Below, piece by piece: positions 49,984 through 59,770 of a stretch of DNA of 64,000 nt (position 1 is its first letter; each line of letters opens with the position of its first letter). Position numbers and translations under genes: made by a program. Location: positions 1,094 to 65,093 of the forward strand of contig CANHGL010000008.1 of assembly GCA_947460245.1 (NCBI GenBank), given 5' to 3'. Source of the DNA: Sphingobacteriales bacterium. GTDB lineage: Bacteria; Bacteroidota; Bacteroidia; Chitinophagales; JADIYW01. Below the pieces are notes generated by a model, which was given only the letters and a program-made list of their open reading frames with translations, had not been told where the DNA came from and did no database searches.

Positions 49984-50442
49984 TAATCATTTTTCAGATT
50001 GACTTTTAAATACAATAAATCCTTAGCATTCATTTGTAAATCCATGAATGTTTAAGTGCATTATTATATTACCTAATTTCTGTTTCTTAAAATACCGAGG
50101 GAGAAGATTGTCCTAGTCTGGTAATATGTGCTGGATTATCTAGTATATTCTAATATTGGAGATAAGTTCTTGTATTTAAATTAAGATGCCATTACTTACA
50201 GCTAATTAAAATGGAGATGTCTTTTAAAATATATGGTCTTAACGCTGAAAGCTTCTTTTGTGTTTTCAGATAAAATAACTGGGGCGTAAATGGAATAAAG
50301 TTGCCTTTTTTACTTAGATAATGACCATTTTTTAGATATAATTTAGGGCTTTCTAACCATTTTCAGTTACTTCATTTCCCGTATATTCCGGGTGTTAATA
50401 ATATTGCAAATTCAAATCAATTCTAATACGGATATTTGGTGA

Positions 50443-50450
50443 TAACTTTG
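50443..50450 (+). promoter_or_regulatory. candidate -7 box (TAacTTTG) upstream of the TonB-dependent receptor
   Basis: TAnnTTTG match 36 nt upstream of the ATG at 50486. Confidence 0.4.
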
Positions 50451-50485
50451 CCCAGTTTTAGCAAAGATTATTTAAATGACCATCT

Positions 50486-53467
50486 ATGAATAGTATAAAT
50501 AAACTGATCTTATTATTCTCTGTCCTACTGTTTTCTTCATATTCATATGCCCAGAAAGAGCAGAAAGAGCCTAAGTCAAAAAAAGATGTTCCTCAGGTTT
50601 TCCTCAGAAAATCAGATAAAGAGTTTAACTTGAAGGGAGTAGTTACAGATAAGAAGACTAAAGAGTCCTTAATTGGGGTGAATATATTTGTGGAAGGGGA
50701 TAAGATGAAAGGAACGGTAACAGATTTTGACGGAAATTATGACTTGAAGGTAAATGAAGGGGATGAGGTAATTTTCCGTTACGTTGGATATGCTGATCAA
50801 AAGAAAGTTGTAGTATCAAGTGAAACATTTAATGTTCAGTTGGGTTCAGAAGAGACAGAGCTAGAAGCGGTTGTAGTTTCAGCTTCCAGAAAGAAAGAAA
50901 AGATCCTGGATGCTCCTGCTTCCATAGTATCTGTTGATGCGACTGCTATTGGTAATAAAGCAGCGGTGGGTATCACCGATCATTTGAAAAATTTATCAGG
51001 GGTTCAGGTATTGCGCTCCGGTGTTCAGGGTGGACAGCCTTCCGTTCGTGGTTTCAATGGTTATTTTACAAGTGATGTAATGTCTTTAACGGATAACCGC
51101 GTTTCAAAATTACCTAATACAGGTCTGAACATGTATCAGATGATGACCACCACAGATGAGGATATAGAAAGAATGGAGGTATTAAAAGGACCTGCTGCAG
51201 CACTTTACGGACCTAATGCAAATAATGGAGTAATTCATATTATCACAAAATCTCCGCTGAAGACACAAGAGATTAAGTTCTGGACTTCTATAGGTGCACG
51301 GGTGAGAATAAAAGATACGCTGACGGATATAAACAGAGATAATCCAAAGTTTGACTATGCAAAGTTTACAGAAAGAATGTTGTTTTCTGCAGGCTTCTAT
51401 ATCTCTGATACTATTCATGTAAAAAATCCAAATGTACAGATGGGTATGAAGGTGTCTTCTAAATTCTTTACCGGTCATGACTGGCGTTATAGCGATCTTG
51501 GAGACCCCAGTGAAATAATCCGTTTTACAGCCTCTGCAGATAGTATATATTATGAACTCCCGGATGAATCCAATGACCCTAATGGTAAAGGAAGTTTAGT
51601 TAAGAACGAACGGGATGAGCGTATTCTGAATGGTCAGGTTGATAGCAGAATGGATATCAGAATTAAAGAAGATTTTAATGTGGTATTAGCAGGTGGTGTT
51701 AACGTGAGTAATGGAATTATTCCGAGTCCTATTGGCGCAATGCAAAATAAGAACTGGACCTATAGTTGGGCTCAAGTCCGCTTTATGTGGAAGGATCTTT
51801 TTGTACAGGCATATATGAATGGAAATAATTCTCAAAAAACTTATTTTGTTCCTGTAGGAGGCCGTTATATCGATAAGTCGCACATGTACTCCGTACAAGT
51901 TCAACATTCCTATAACATAAAGAAAAGGGTAGATTTAGTTTATGGCTTTGATGCTTTCTTTACTCGCCCTAATACAGAGGGCACACTAAACGGAAGATTT
52001 GAAGACAAGGATAACATTGATGAATATGGAATTTATTTACAAGGAGAATATAAGTTGCATCCTCGCTTTAGTACTATTGTTGCAACGCGTTTAGATTATA
52101 ATACAGCGGTTAAAAAAGTACTTTTTTCTCCCAAAGTTGCATTGGTTTATAAACCGGGAACGGGTCACAACCTTCGTTTTACATTTAACAGAGCCTTCAA
52201 GAACCCTGCATCTGCAGCTTATTACGTGGACGTTGTTCAAGGAAGAATACCTCAGGGTTTTGAAGTTAGAAATTTAGGCACTCCTCCGGGTGGATTCCAT
52301 TATAGCTATAATGCAAATCCAAACTTTGGTGGTCAGGTTCTCCCACAGTTTCTATCACCTTATGGAACAGCAGGGCAGTATCATGATGTTGGAGATGCTT
52401 CCTTCAACGCCACAGGATGGGGCGGTATTCTTAGCGCCATTAATAGTCAGTTTGGCGGACAGGCAAATATAGATCCTACATCACCGCTCAACCCCTTGAT
52501 TACGCAGATTGTTAATTCCATTATTCCTCAAACTATTCCTAGTGATATAGCTCAGGTTGTTACTAGTTTAAATACTGCAAAACAAAGATTTGATCTGAAC
52601 GGAGATAATTGGAAAAACACACAGGATATAAAACAGTTGGTCCCTACTACCACTTATACCTATGAATTGGGTTACAAGGGAGTGATTGGTAAAATGTTTG
52701 GAGTTCAGGTAGATGTTTATAGAACGGATTTCAAAAATTATCTCGCTCCAGTACAGTTAACTACTCCGACTATTATGTTTGATGCTGATCAGTTGATGAA
52801 TTATCTTTCTCCGTTGATTTCGCAAAATTACAACAACTTGAATCCAATTGTAAAGTTAGCGATGAATGCATTCTTAGACCAGAGTGCTACTTTCGGAGGT
52901 AATAACAATGGCTCTGCAGATGATGAGTTTGTTAGTTTAATCAGAAAAGCTGTCGAGAACCTGCCAATAGGGGTGATAACACCTGTAGAGGCTGGATCAC
53001 CTAATCTACTTTTGGTTACGCGAAATATAGGCGATCTAACCTTGTACGGCGTAGATTTTAATAGTAATCTTTACTTGCCTAAGGGAATAACTCTGAATGC
53101 TAATTATTCTTTCGTTGACAAGGATTCTATAAAAGTTGAAAGTGCGCCTTTGGGTTATATAGCTTTGAATTCTCCTAAGCATAGGGTAAATGTGGGGGTG
53201 AATTATTTTATGGAGAAGATCGGATTAAATATAGGGATGAAATTTAATTGGAGTTCAGGATATCCTGTATTGTCAGGTAATTTTATTGGTCGTGTAGCAC
53301 CTACGCATGACATGGATTTGGACATTTCATATACTCCTAAATTCATGAAGGATCATTTAAATGTAAGTTTATCATTTAATAATCTTTACAATCGTAAGCA
53401 ACAGTATTTTGTAGGTTCGCCTACTATAGGATTGATGAGTGTTTGTAAAATGACATACACGCTATAG
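50486..53467 (+). CDS. TonB-dependent receptor with N-terminal carboxypeptidase-regulatory-like domain
   Basis: Signal peptide, a CarbopepD_reg-like segment (GVVTDKKTKESLIGVNIFVEG...GTVTDFDGNYDL), plug motifs (IERMEVLKGPAAALYGPNANNGVIHIITK), and a long beta-barrel. Confidence 0.85.
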   Translation: MNSINKLILLFSVLLFSSYSYAQKEQKEPKSKKDVPQVFLRKSDKEFNLKGVVTDKKTKESLIGVNIFVEGDKMKGTVTDFDGNYDLKVNEGDEVIFRYVGYADQKKVVVSSETFNVQLGSEETELEAVVVSASRKKEKILDAPASIVSVDATAIGNKAAVGITDHLKNLSGVQVLRSGVQGGQPSVRGFNGYFTSDVMSLTDNRVSKLPNTGLNMYQMMTTTDEDIERMEVLKGPAAALYGPNANNGVIHIITKSPLKTQEIKFWTSIGARVRIKDTLTDINRDNPKFDYAKFTERMLFSAGFYISDTIHVKNPNVQMGMKVSSKFFTGHDWRYSDLGDPSEIIRFTASADSIYYELPDESNDPNGKGSLVKNERDERILNGQVDSRMDIRIKEDFNVVLAGGVNVSNGIIPSPIGAMQNKNWTYSWAQVRFMWKDLFVQAYMNGNNSQKTYFVPVGGRYIDKSHMYSVQVQHSYNIKKRVDLVYGFDAFFTRPNTEGTLNGRFEDKDNIDEYGIYLQGEYKLHPRFSTIVATRLDYNTAVKKVLFSPKVALVYKPGTGHNLRFTFNRAFKNPASAAYYVDVVQGRIPQGFEVRNLGTPPGGFHYSYNANPNFGGQVLPQFLSPYGTAGQYHDVGDASFNATGWGGILSAINSQFGGQANIDPTSPLNPLITQIVNSIIPQTIPSDIAQVVTSLNTAKQRFDLNGDNWKNTQDIKQLVPTTTYTYELGYKGVIGKMFGVQVDVYRTDFKNYLAPVQLTTPTIMFDADQLMNYLSPLISQNYNNLNPIVKLAMNAFLDQSATFGGNNNGSADDEFVSLIRKAVENLPIGVITPVEAGSPNLLLVTRNIGDLTLYGVDFNSNLYLPKGITLNANYSFVDKDSIKVESAPLGYIALNSPKHRVNVGVNYFMEKIGLNIGMKFNWSSGYPVLSGNFIGRVAPTHDMDLDISYTPKFMKDHLNVSLSFNNLYNRKQQYFVGSPTIGLMSVCKMTYTL

Positions 53468-53483
53468 TGAATAAAAGAATAAA

Positions 53484-53526
53484 AACAGGGGTATTTACAT
53501 AATGTAGATAGCCCTGTTTCTTTTAG
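53484..53526. terminator. probable bidirectional terminator between the TBDR and hemW
   Basis: Interrupted hairpin AACAGGG...TACATaATGTA...CCCTGTT flanked by A-run and T-run sequences. Confidence 0.5.
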
Positions 53527-53536
53527 TAGTTCTATC

Positions 53537-54670
53537 TTATTCTATAAAGAGATGTTCAGTAATATAATCACAGAATAATTTCCCTGAATCTGTTAAGGTG
53601 AATATATCTTTTTCCTCTTTCACCCATCTATTGGAAATAAAGGGAGAGATTTCTAACAAGAAATAATTTAATGATTCTTCACCAAATCTATTACTTATAG
53701 TTGTCTTATCAATACCCCAAATAGTTCGAATACTTGTCATTACATATTCATTGTATTGGTCTTTTATATCTAATAGTTCATGTTCATTAGCAATTTTATT
53801 TTCTCTAATAGATTTTAAGTATTGCCCATTATTGCTGATATTCCAGTATCGGATATTGCCATCGAAAGAATGTGCTGACGGACCAAATCCGAGGTAGGGA
53901 ACTCCTTTCCAGTAATTGGTATTATGTTTGGCAAAATGGGGTTCTTTACAGAAATTGGAAATCTCATATTGCACATAATTATGTTTACGTGTTTCTTCCA
54001 ATAGTATTGCAAATTGTTGCGCCATTTGTTCATCATCCGGTGATGGTACTTTTTGTTTTGCTACCAAGATGGCGAGCTCTGTCTTTTCTTCTATGGTAAG
54101 TGCATAAGCAGAGATATGAGGGATATTCAGATTAAAAAGAGTTTTTAGATTCTCTTTCCAAGCTTCATTGCTAAGTCCTGGTGTTCCATAGATAAGATCA
54201 ACAGATAAATTATCAAATCCAGCCTGTTGGGCTAATAGGATAGCATTTTTTGCCTCTTCAGCGCTATGAGCCCGCTTCATATACTGTAAATCTTTATCAT
54301 GGAAAGATTGTATTCCAATGCTCAGTCGGTTGATGCTGGTGGTCTCTTTTAGGGCATGAAGATAGTCTGAAGTGAGGTCATCAGGATTGGCTTCAAGTGT
54401 AACCTCAGCATCTTCTGCGATATTAAAGTGATGACCAATTTTTTCAATGAGTGATTGAATATCGGATGGTTTTAATAGGCTAGGGGTTCCACCCCCAAAA
54501 TACAGTGTATGTATAGTTGTTTTATCCGTAAAGAAAGATTGTTGCAGCTCAATTTCTTTGAGTAGTGCAGTATGCATTTCCTCTTGATTATTACGTAGAG
54601 TAGAAAAATGGAAATTACAATAGGTACATGCTTGTTTACAAAAGGGAATGTGTAGGTATATGCCTGCCAT
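53537..54670 (-). CDS. hemW: radical SAM heme chaperone / oxygen-independent coproporphyrinogen oxidase-like (HemW/HemN family)
   Basis: HIPFCKQACTYCNF CxxxCxxC cluster motif, GGGTPS, and a HemN C-terminal domain. The ATG at 54670 (MAGIYLHIPFC) is preferred over the tracked TTG at 54688. Confidence 0.85.
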   Translation of the reverse strand: MAGIYLHIPFCKQACTYCNFHFSTLRNNQEEMHTALLKEIELQQSFFTDKTTIHTLYFGGGTPSLLKPSDIQSLIEKIGHHFNIAEDAEVTLEANPDDLTSDYLHALKETTSINRLSIGIQSFHDKDLQYMKRAHSAEEAKNAILLAQQAGFDNLSVDLIYGTPGLSNEAWKENLKTLFNLNIPHISAYALTIEEKTELAILVAKQKVPSPDDEQMAQQFAILLEETRKHNYVQYEISNFCKEPHFAKHNTNYWKGVPYLGFGPSAHSFDGNIRYWNISNNGQYLKSIRENKIANEHELLDIKDQYNEYVMTSIRTIWGIDKTTISNRFGEESLNYFLLEISPFISNRWVKEEKDIFTLTDSGKLFCDYITEHLFIE

Positions 54671-54795
54671 AAGGCTCAAAATAAACAAAATATCCTCATT
54701 TAATTCTTTCTTGCAGATATTTTGAGAATCAGTATTCTTAAAATATCTTTTTTGATATCCTGTTCAAACTAAAATCGTATTAACTAAATTATTGA

Positions 54796-54803
54796 TAACT
54801 TTG
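54796..54803 (+). promoter_or_regulatory. candidate -7 box (TAacTTTG) upstream of the Omp85-like gene
   Basis: TAnnTTTG match 17 nt upstream of the GTG start at 54820. Confidence 0.4.
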
Positions 54804-54819
54804 ATGGAATACATATCGC

Positions 54820-56556
54820 GTGCGTTTTAGAGTGTTTTATATTTTGGTTTTTTTGTGTTTTTCCTTTGCAATGCATGCGCAAAGTGTAAAACTCATACTA
54901 TTTAGCGATTCCGTAAATATATCGTCTAAGGTAAAGCACAATTTTAAAAGTATTCAGGAAGTTAATCAGTATCTAAAAGGCTATCAGCGTTCGTGGATTG
55001 CAAAAGGATATTTAGAGGCGTCATTGGATTCTGTTCATAAGCATGGAGACACTTTGGAAGCTTATTTGCATCTCGGAAAAAGGTATGAATTTTCTTCTTC
55101 AGAGCAGCGCAGAAAAAGATGGCAGAGGAATCCATCTGCGAATTCAGTTTATGAAATAGATAACACTAAAGAACAGTTGGTTAGGAATCTGGAAAATAGC
55201 GGATATCCGTTTGCAAAGGTGTTAAGTGATAGTTTGGAATTGAGCGACACTTCTATTGGTATCCGATATAATGTAGACAGGGGGAGATATATAAGAATAG
55301 ACAGTTTTATTAATTATGGATCATCAAAACTTACCAAAGGATTTATTCAGAATTATGTCCTTGTAAAATCAAAACAGGCATATAATGAGTCTAAAATCAA
55401 AAACATAGACAAACTCCTGCAAAAATTACCTTATGCAACTGTCCGGCAGCCCAGTGCTATTTATTTTAGAGATGATAAAGCAGATATTCATCTTTTTCTG
55501 GATAAGAGAAAGGTAAATTCATTCGATTTTTTAATTGGCTTTCTACCGGGTAGCAATGGCGGTAAAATCTTGATAACAGGTGAGGCCAGAATACATCTAT
55601 TAAATTCATTTAAGAGAGGAGAAGAGATATATCTGGAATGGAGAAAATTACAACGCCAGTCACAATATCTAGATATACGTTTCAATTATCCTTATCTCTT
55701 GGGTGCGCCAATAGGTGTCAACTTTACCTTTAATCTGGATAAGCGGGATTCATCTTCTCTGGATCTTGCCTGGCAGCTTGGCTTGCCTTACATTACGAGT
55801 TCAAATAATTACATAAAAGGTTTTTATAAATATTTCCAAACTATCCTTCTGGTGGCAGATACAAATTTTGTAAAAATCAATAGAAAGTTACCTAATAATC
55901 TGGACGCGTTATATAGTCAATATGGAATACAGGCATATTACGAGCAATTAGATTATTTATTCAGCCCTCAGAAGGGTTTTGAGCTTAAACTTACTGCCTC
56001 AGCAGGAACGAAAAAGATCAAACAAAATAACCAGATTACCACACTCACAGACCCAAATTCACAGGGTTTTAATTATACTAGTCTGTATGACAGTATTAAG
56101 AATAAATCAGTTAAGGCTGATCTTTTTTGGCTCGGTAATTATTATCTGCCATTGGGGAAAAAACAGAAGCATATCATGAAGTTTGGATTAAACGGAGGCG
56201 CTGTATTTAATAATAGCTTGCTAAGAAATGAATTGATTCGTATCGGAGGAAATAAGGTGTTGAGAGGATTTGATGATTTATCCATTTACGCGAGTATGTA
56301 CAACATTGCTACTCTGGAGTATCGATTGCTTCTCCAACGGAACTCCTATTTCTTTCTTTTTATGGATGCGGCCTACATCAGAAGAGATTTCAATAACGCC
56401 CATTTTCAGGATTTTCCATTTGGATTTGGTGCGGGTGTCACTTTTGAAACTAAAATCGGTATTTTTGGGCTCACATATGCTCTTGGACAACAAAAAAGCC
56501 AATCCGTTGATTTCCGAAACTCTAAAATTCATTTTGGGTATGTGGCAGTATTCTAA
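54820..56556 (+). CDS. Omp85/BamA-family outer-membrane protein (bacterial surface antigen D15 type)
   Basis: Signal peptide (AMHAQ), a POTRA-like N-terminal region, a loop-6 VLRGF motif, and a C-terminal barrel ending ...KIHFGYVAVF (aromatic beta-signal). Confidence 0.65.
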   Translation: MRFRVFYILVFLCFSFAMHAQSVKLILFSDSVNISSKVKHNFKSIQEVNQYLKGYQRSWIAKGYLEASLDSVHKHGDTLEAYLHLGKRYEFSSSEQRRKRWQRNPSANSVYEIDNTKEQLVRNLENSGYPFAKVLSDSLELSDTSIGIRYNVDRGRYIRIDSFINYGSSKLTKGFIQNYVLVKSKQAYNESKIKNIDKLLQKLPYATVRQPSAIYFRDDKADIHLFLDKRKVNSFDFLIGFLPGSNGGKILITGEARIHLLNSFKRGEEIYLEWRKLQRQSQYLDIRFNYPYLLGAPIGVNFTFNLDKRDSSSLDLAWQLGLPYITSSNNYIKGFYKYFQTILLVADTNFVKINRKLPNNLDALYSQYGIQAYYEQLDYLFSPQKGFELKLTASAGTKKIKQNNQITTLTDPNSQGFNYTSLYDSIKNKSVKADLFWLGNYYLPLGKKQKHIMKFGLNGGAVFNNSLLRNELIRIGGNKVLRGFDDLSIYASMYNIATLEYRLLLQRNSYFFLFMDAAYIRRDFNNAHFQDFPFGFGAGVTFETKIGIFGLTYALGQQKSQSVDFRNSKIHFGYVAVF

Positions 56557-57442
56557 GGGGAGGGCTTTGGGTACACTTTCTGCCAGGATAATTTTATTTT
56601 TAGGAATATTGTTTTTTTGTGCCACTCATCTTTATTCAGCCAAATCAGATCTGGTTTATAATCCCGCATATCAGGATTCAATATTAAAAAATAAGTCCGA
56701 CTCTGCTTTATGGACAACCCTACATAACAAAGCAACTGCTTATCATGCCATGCCCGGTTACGTATCTATTCAGCAGCAGCGACAGAATTTTAAAAGCCAG
56801 GCATTTTTAATGGTGTTTGTGTTTATTGTACTGCTTTTGTTGGTGTTTAGAATGTTATTTGAAGATTACATGTTCTCTCTTCTAGAAGGGTTGGGTAGTA
56901 TCAAGAAATTCTTTATTTTCTATAAGACAAAAAAATATGACTCCTTCCTGGCTATTGTTTTCATTTACACGCTGAAGGTTTTCATGTCATCACTCATCTT
57001 TTATGGGGTAGTGCAGTATGTTTTTAAGGAAGATTTTAATGTTTTTAATATGCATTTCTATCTCAATAGTTGTTTGGTATTTGGAAGTTTTTTTTTAGTC
57101 AAGGATATTCTGGAATATATTTTCAACGTGATAACCAATACTCAGGAGACTTTCAAGGCATTTTTTTTACAAAATATGTTTGCTGAGTTGTTACTAAGCA
57201 TACTCCTGCTCTTTTTACTCATCATCTTTGTTTATAACGACCATATCTCCAATAGCGTTGTGGTTTTTTTAATGGTAATTGGATTTGTATGGTATTTCCT
57301 TTTTAATGTAATCAGGAGTTATCAACTCATTGATAATGTTCGCATTCTTCACAAACTTCATTTTTTTCTATATATTTGTGCCTTTAAAATCTTGCCTATT
57401 TTATTATTAGGGAAGTACATCTTTAAAAACATGGTTGAATAA
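56540..57442 (+). CDS. polytopic inner-membrane protein of unknown function (DUF4271-like by recollection)
   Basis: First ATG in frame after the Omp85 barrel (MWQYSKGRALG...). There are about 6 hydrophobic helices. The tracked ORF (from 56270) overlaps the Omp85 gene in another frame and is probably an over-extension. Confidence 0.55.
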   Translation: MWQYSKGRALGTLSARIILFLGILFFCATHLYSAKSDLVYNPAYQDSILKNKSDSALWTTLHNKATAYHAMPGYVSIQQQRQNFKSQAFLMVFVFIVLLLLVFRMLFEDYMFSLLEGLGSIKKFFIFYKTKKYDSFLAIVFIYTLKVFMSSLIFYGVVQYVFKEDFNVFNMHFYLNSCLVFGSFFLVKDILEYIFNVITNTQETFKAFFLQNMFAELLLSILLLFLLIIFVYNDHISNSVVVFLMVIGFVWYFLFNVIRSYQLIDNVRILHKLHFFLYICAFKILPILLLGKYIFKNMVE

Positions 57443-57453
57443 AATTATAACCA

Positions 57454-58608
57454 ATGGCTAAAAAAGTAGTAGTAAACAAATCAACGGCAAAAAAAACTCC
57501 TGCACCAACAAAGCCAGTTAAGAGTACTGTGAAGGTGGTTAAAAATATGCCTAAGACTACTTCTGCGTTAAAGACTAAGTCTGTTAGTAAGCAAGCTGTA
57601 AAACCTGTAAAGCCCACGAAAGATTCATTATTAAAAAAGAAGACAACTCCGGCGGTTAAAGTTAAGATAGCTCCAGTTAAGAAATCTGCTCCAAAAGTAG
57701 TAGCTAAGGAGTTAGTACCTAAAAAGCAGAAGGTTTCAAAAGTAGAGCAACAACCAGTGGTTGTCGTTGCTGAAAAGTCAATTTCAAAGGCAGATAAGAA
57801 GATAGTGATAGAGCCCAAGCCATTACCAGAAATTGTAAATCCGGATAAGCTAAAACAGGTAAAGTCTATACTGATTTCTTTGCCAAAGCCGGAATCTGGC
57901 AAGTCGCCTTATATTGATATTGCTGAACAATTTAAGATTAAATTAGATTGGCGTCCATTTACTAAAGTGGAGGGCATAAAGGCAGGAGATTTCAGGAAAC
58001 AGAAAATTTATATTGATCAATATCCGTGTGTAATATTCACCAGTCGTGTAGCTATTGAACAATATTTTAGAATTTGTGAAGAATTGCGCATTAAGATTAA
58101 TGAAGATAATCGCTACTTCTGCTTAAGCGAGGCTATAGCACTCTATTTGCAGAAGTTTATCCAGTATAGAAAAAGAAAGGTGTTTTATGGCGATGGTAAG
58201 CTTCCAAAATTCATGGAGGTAATTCTGAAGCATAAGGAAGATGGTAAATTTCTAATTCCATGCTCAGATCTTCGCGACAAAGCCCTTATTGAATTGCTCA
58301 ATAAACATAATATTACTTTTGGGGAAGCTGTCATCTATAAGACCATAGCTAGCAATCTATCTGATTTAAAAGATGTAAAATATGATATGCTGGTGTTCTT
58401 CAATGCTTCCGCTATAGAGTCTCTGTATTCCAATTTTCCAAATTTCAAGCAAGAGGATACCAGACTTGCTATTTTTGGGAATTCTACAGCAGATGCTTTA
58501 AAGGCAAGAAAGTTGAATATAAATATCTTTGCTCCTACTCCGGAAAATCCTTCTCTGGTAGATGCCATCAAGAAATATATTATTAAGTCAAATAAAAGGG
58601 GTAAATAG
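57454..58608 (+). CDS. uroporphyrinogen-III synthase (HemD/HEM4)-like protein with ~130-aa Lys-rich N-terminal extension
   Basis: The C-terminal ~250 aa (ILISLPKPESGKSPYIDIAEQFKIKLDWRPFTKVEG...VIFTSRVAIEQYF...FCLSEAIALYLQK...AIFGNSTADAL) fit the Bacteroidota HemD-like family as I recall it. The N-terminus is KKxxPAPTKPVK-type repeats. Confidence 0.65.
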   Translation: MAKKVVVNKSTAKKTPAPTKPVKSTVKVVKNMPKTTSALKTKSVSKQAVKPVKPTKDSLLKKKTTPAVKVKIAPVKKSAPKVVAKELVPKKQKVSKVEQQPVVVVAEKSISKADKKIVIEPKPLPEIVNPDKLKQVKSILISLPKPESGKSPYIDIAEQFKIKLDWRPFTKVEGIKAGDFRKQKIYIDQYPCVIFTSRVAIEQYFRICEELRIKINEDNRYFCLSEAIALYLQKFIQYRKRKVFYGDGKLPKFMEVILKHKEDGKFLIPCSDLRDKALIELLNKHNITFGEAVIYKTIASNLSDLKDVKYDMLVFFNASAIESLYSNFPNFKQEDTRLAIFGNSTADALKARKLNINIFAPTPENPSLVDAIKKYIIKSNKRGK

Positions 58609-58697
58609 ACTTAATGGTCTCCTTTTTTATATGATCTCTGATAAATTGTAATCTTTCATTTTTGGTAATTCTTTCCTACATTTACAAGTAACCATTT

Positions 58698-59669
58698 ATG
58701 CCAAATATGAGATTTGTCGTTCTGAGTATAGTATTATTGATTTGGGCCGACAGTATAGTTGCCCAGAATTACCCTATATCATCTCATTATATGTTTAATC
58801 CTCAGGTAGTTAATCCTTCTTTTTACGGTGCCCGTAAGGGGGTAAATTTGGGGGTAAATTACAGGCATCAGTGGGCAAAATTGGAGGGGCAGCCACTAAC
58901 GATTACTGTGTTTGGAGATGCAAATCTCCCACAGCTTCATGGTGGAGTTGGTTTTGGCGTTTCCTATGAACAACTGGGCGCATTTACTACTACCGGATTT
59001 AATTTGGGTTATGCTTATACGCAAGAGTTTAGAAAACAGGTCAGACTTTCTATCGGATGTAATGCCGGAGCCTTATTTTCAACTTTGGATGGCAGTAAAT
59101 TGGTTACTCCTCAAGGGGTTGGGGCCAATCTTAATGATGCATCACTTTCTAACCAGCAGCAAAAGAGTATTCGGCCGCTTTTATCCGTTGGGATATCTTG
59201 TTCTTCTAAATATCTAGAGGCAGGTTTGGTTTATACCAATGTTATTAATGCAAAGGATAAGTTTGAGGGTAGTCAGATGACCCTTAAGCCCCAATATGGT
59301 GGTACTTTACAAGTATTTATAGGGAGTAAGGTGAAATTAGGTTCAGATTTTTCAATTAAGCCTGGTTTTGCGCTGACTACGGATTTTAAGGAATTCCAGA
59401 CAGACATCAGTGTTCTTGCAGGGTATAAGGAGTATGTAATGTTGGGGTTTAATGCAAGAGGATACAATAAAAGATCATTTGAATCGTTATCTCCAATATT
59501 GCGTGTTTGCCCTGTACAAAACTTGGCTATAATTTATGGTTATGACGTGTCTCTTGGCAAACTAAGCAATGTTAATAAGGGTTCTCATGAAATTACTTTG
59601 AACTATGTATTGCCTAATAATAGAATTTTCAAGTCACCGAGGATTATCAACAATCCAAGGTTTTTGTAA
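58698..59669 (+). CDS. porP: PorP/SprF family T9SS membrane protein
   Basis: Signal peptide followed by the family N-terminal motif (SHYMFNPQVVNPSFYG). 323-aa beta-rich protein in the position directly upstream of gldK/porK, as in porPKLMN loci. Confidence 0.75.
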   Translation: MPNMRFVVLSIVLLIWADSIVAQNYPISSHYMFNPQVVNPSFYGARKGVNLGVNYRHQWAKLEGQPLTITVFGDANLPQLHGGVGFGVSYEQLGAFTTTGFNLGYAYTQEFRKQVRLSIGCNAGALFSTLDGSKLVTPQGVGANLNDASLSNQQQKSIRPLLSVGISCSSKYLEAGLVYTNVINAKDKFEGSQMTLKPQYGGTLQVFIGSKVKLGSDFSIKPGFALTTDFKEFQTDISVLAGYKEYVMLGFNARGYNKRSFESLSPILRVCPVQNLAIIYGYDVSLGKLSNVNKGSHEITLNYVLPNNRIFKSPRIINNPRFL

Positions 59670-59770
59670 ATTTCAGGATAAAAAAAGTGGTAAAAAGCCT
59701 ATTTTAGTATACAACTAAAGATTTTTTTTTGTTATTTTTACCAACTTATAGAAAAACGTAAACAACTAAA

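Noticed and set aside
49984-50485. 500-bp non-coding region upstream of the TonB-dependent receptor, examined for a riboswitch (cobalamin, TPP) or small gene
   Set aside because: I could not find the cobalamin B12-box or TPP core sequences. Only very short ORFs (up to about 19 aa) and a weak AT-rich hairpin (50027-50050) are present. An Rfam scan would be needed to exclude an ncRNA.
50441-54803. Identical 10-mer GATAACTTTG upstream of both the TonB-dependent receptor (50441-50450) and the Omp85-like gene (54794-54803)
   Set aside because: Most of the identity is the generic TAnnTTTG -7 consensus. Two extra matching bases are not enough to claim a shared regulator site.
56270-56539. Upstream part of the tracked 390-aa ORF 56270-57442, overlapping the Omp85-like gene
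   Set aside because: This part lies in another frame inside the conserved C-terminal barrel of the Omp85-like protein. The hydrophobic membrane protein plausibly starts at the ATG at 56540.
57423-57902. 159-aa minus-strand ORF rich in T/F/G
   Set aside because: It is the mirror image of the Lys-rich (AAR-codon) N-terminus of the HemD-like gene. This is a low-complexity artefact. The same applies to 45271-45598 opposite the other Lys-rich gene.
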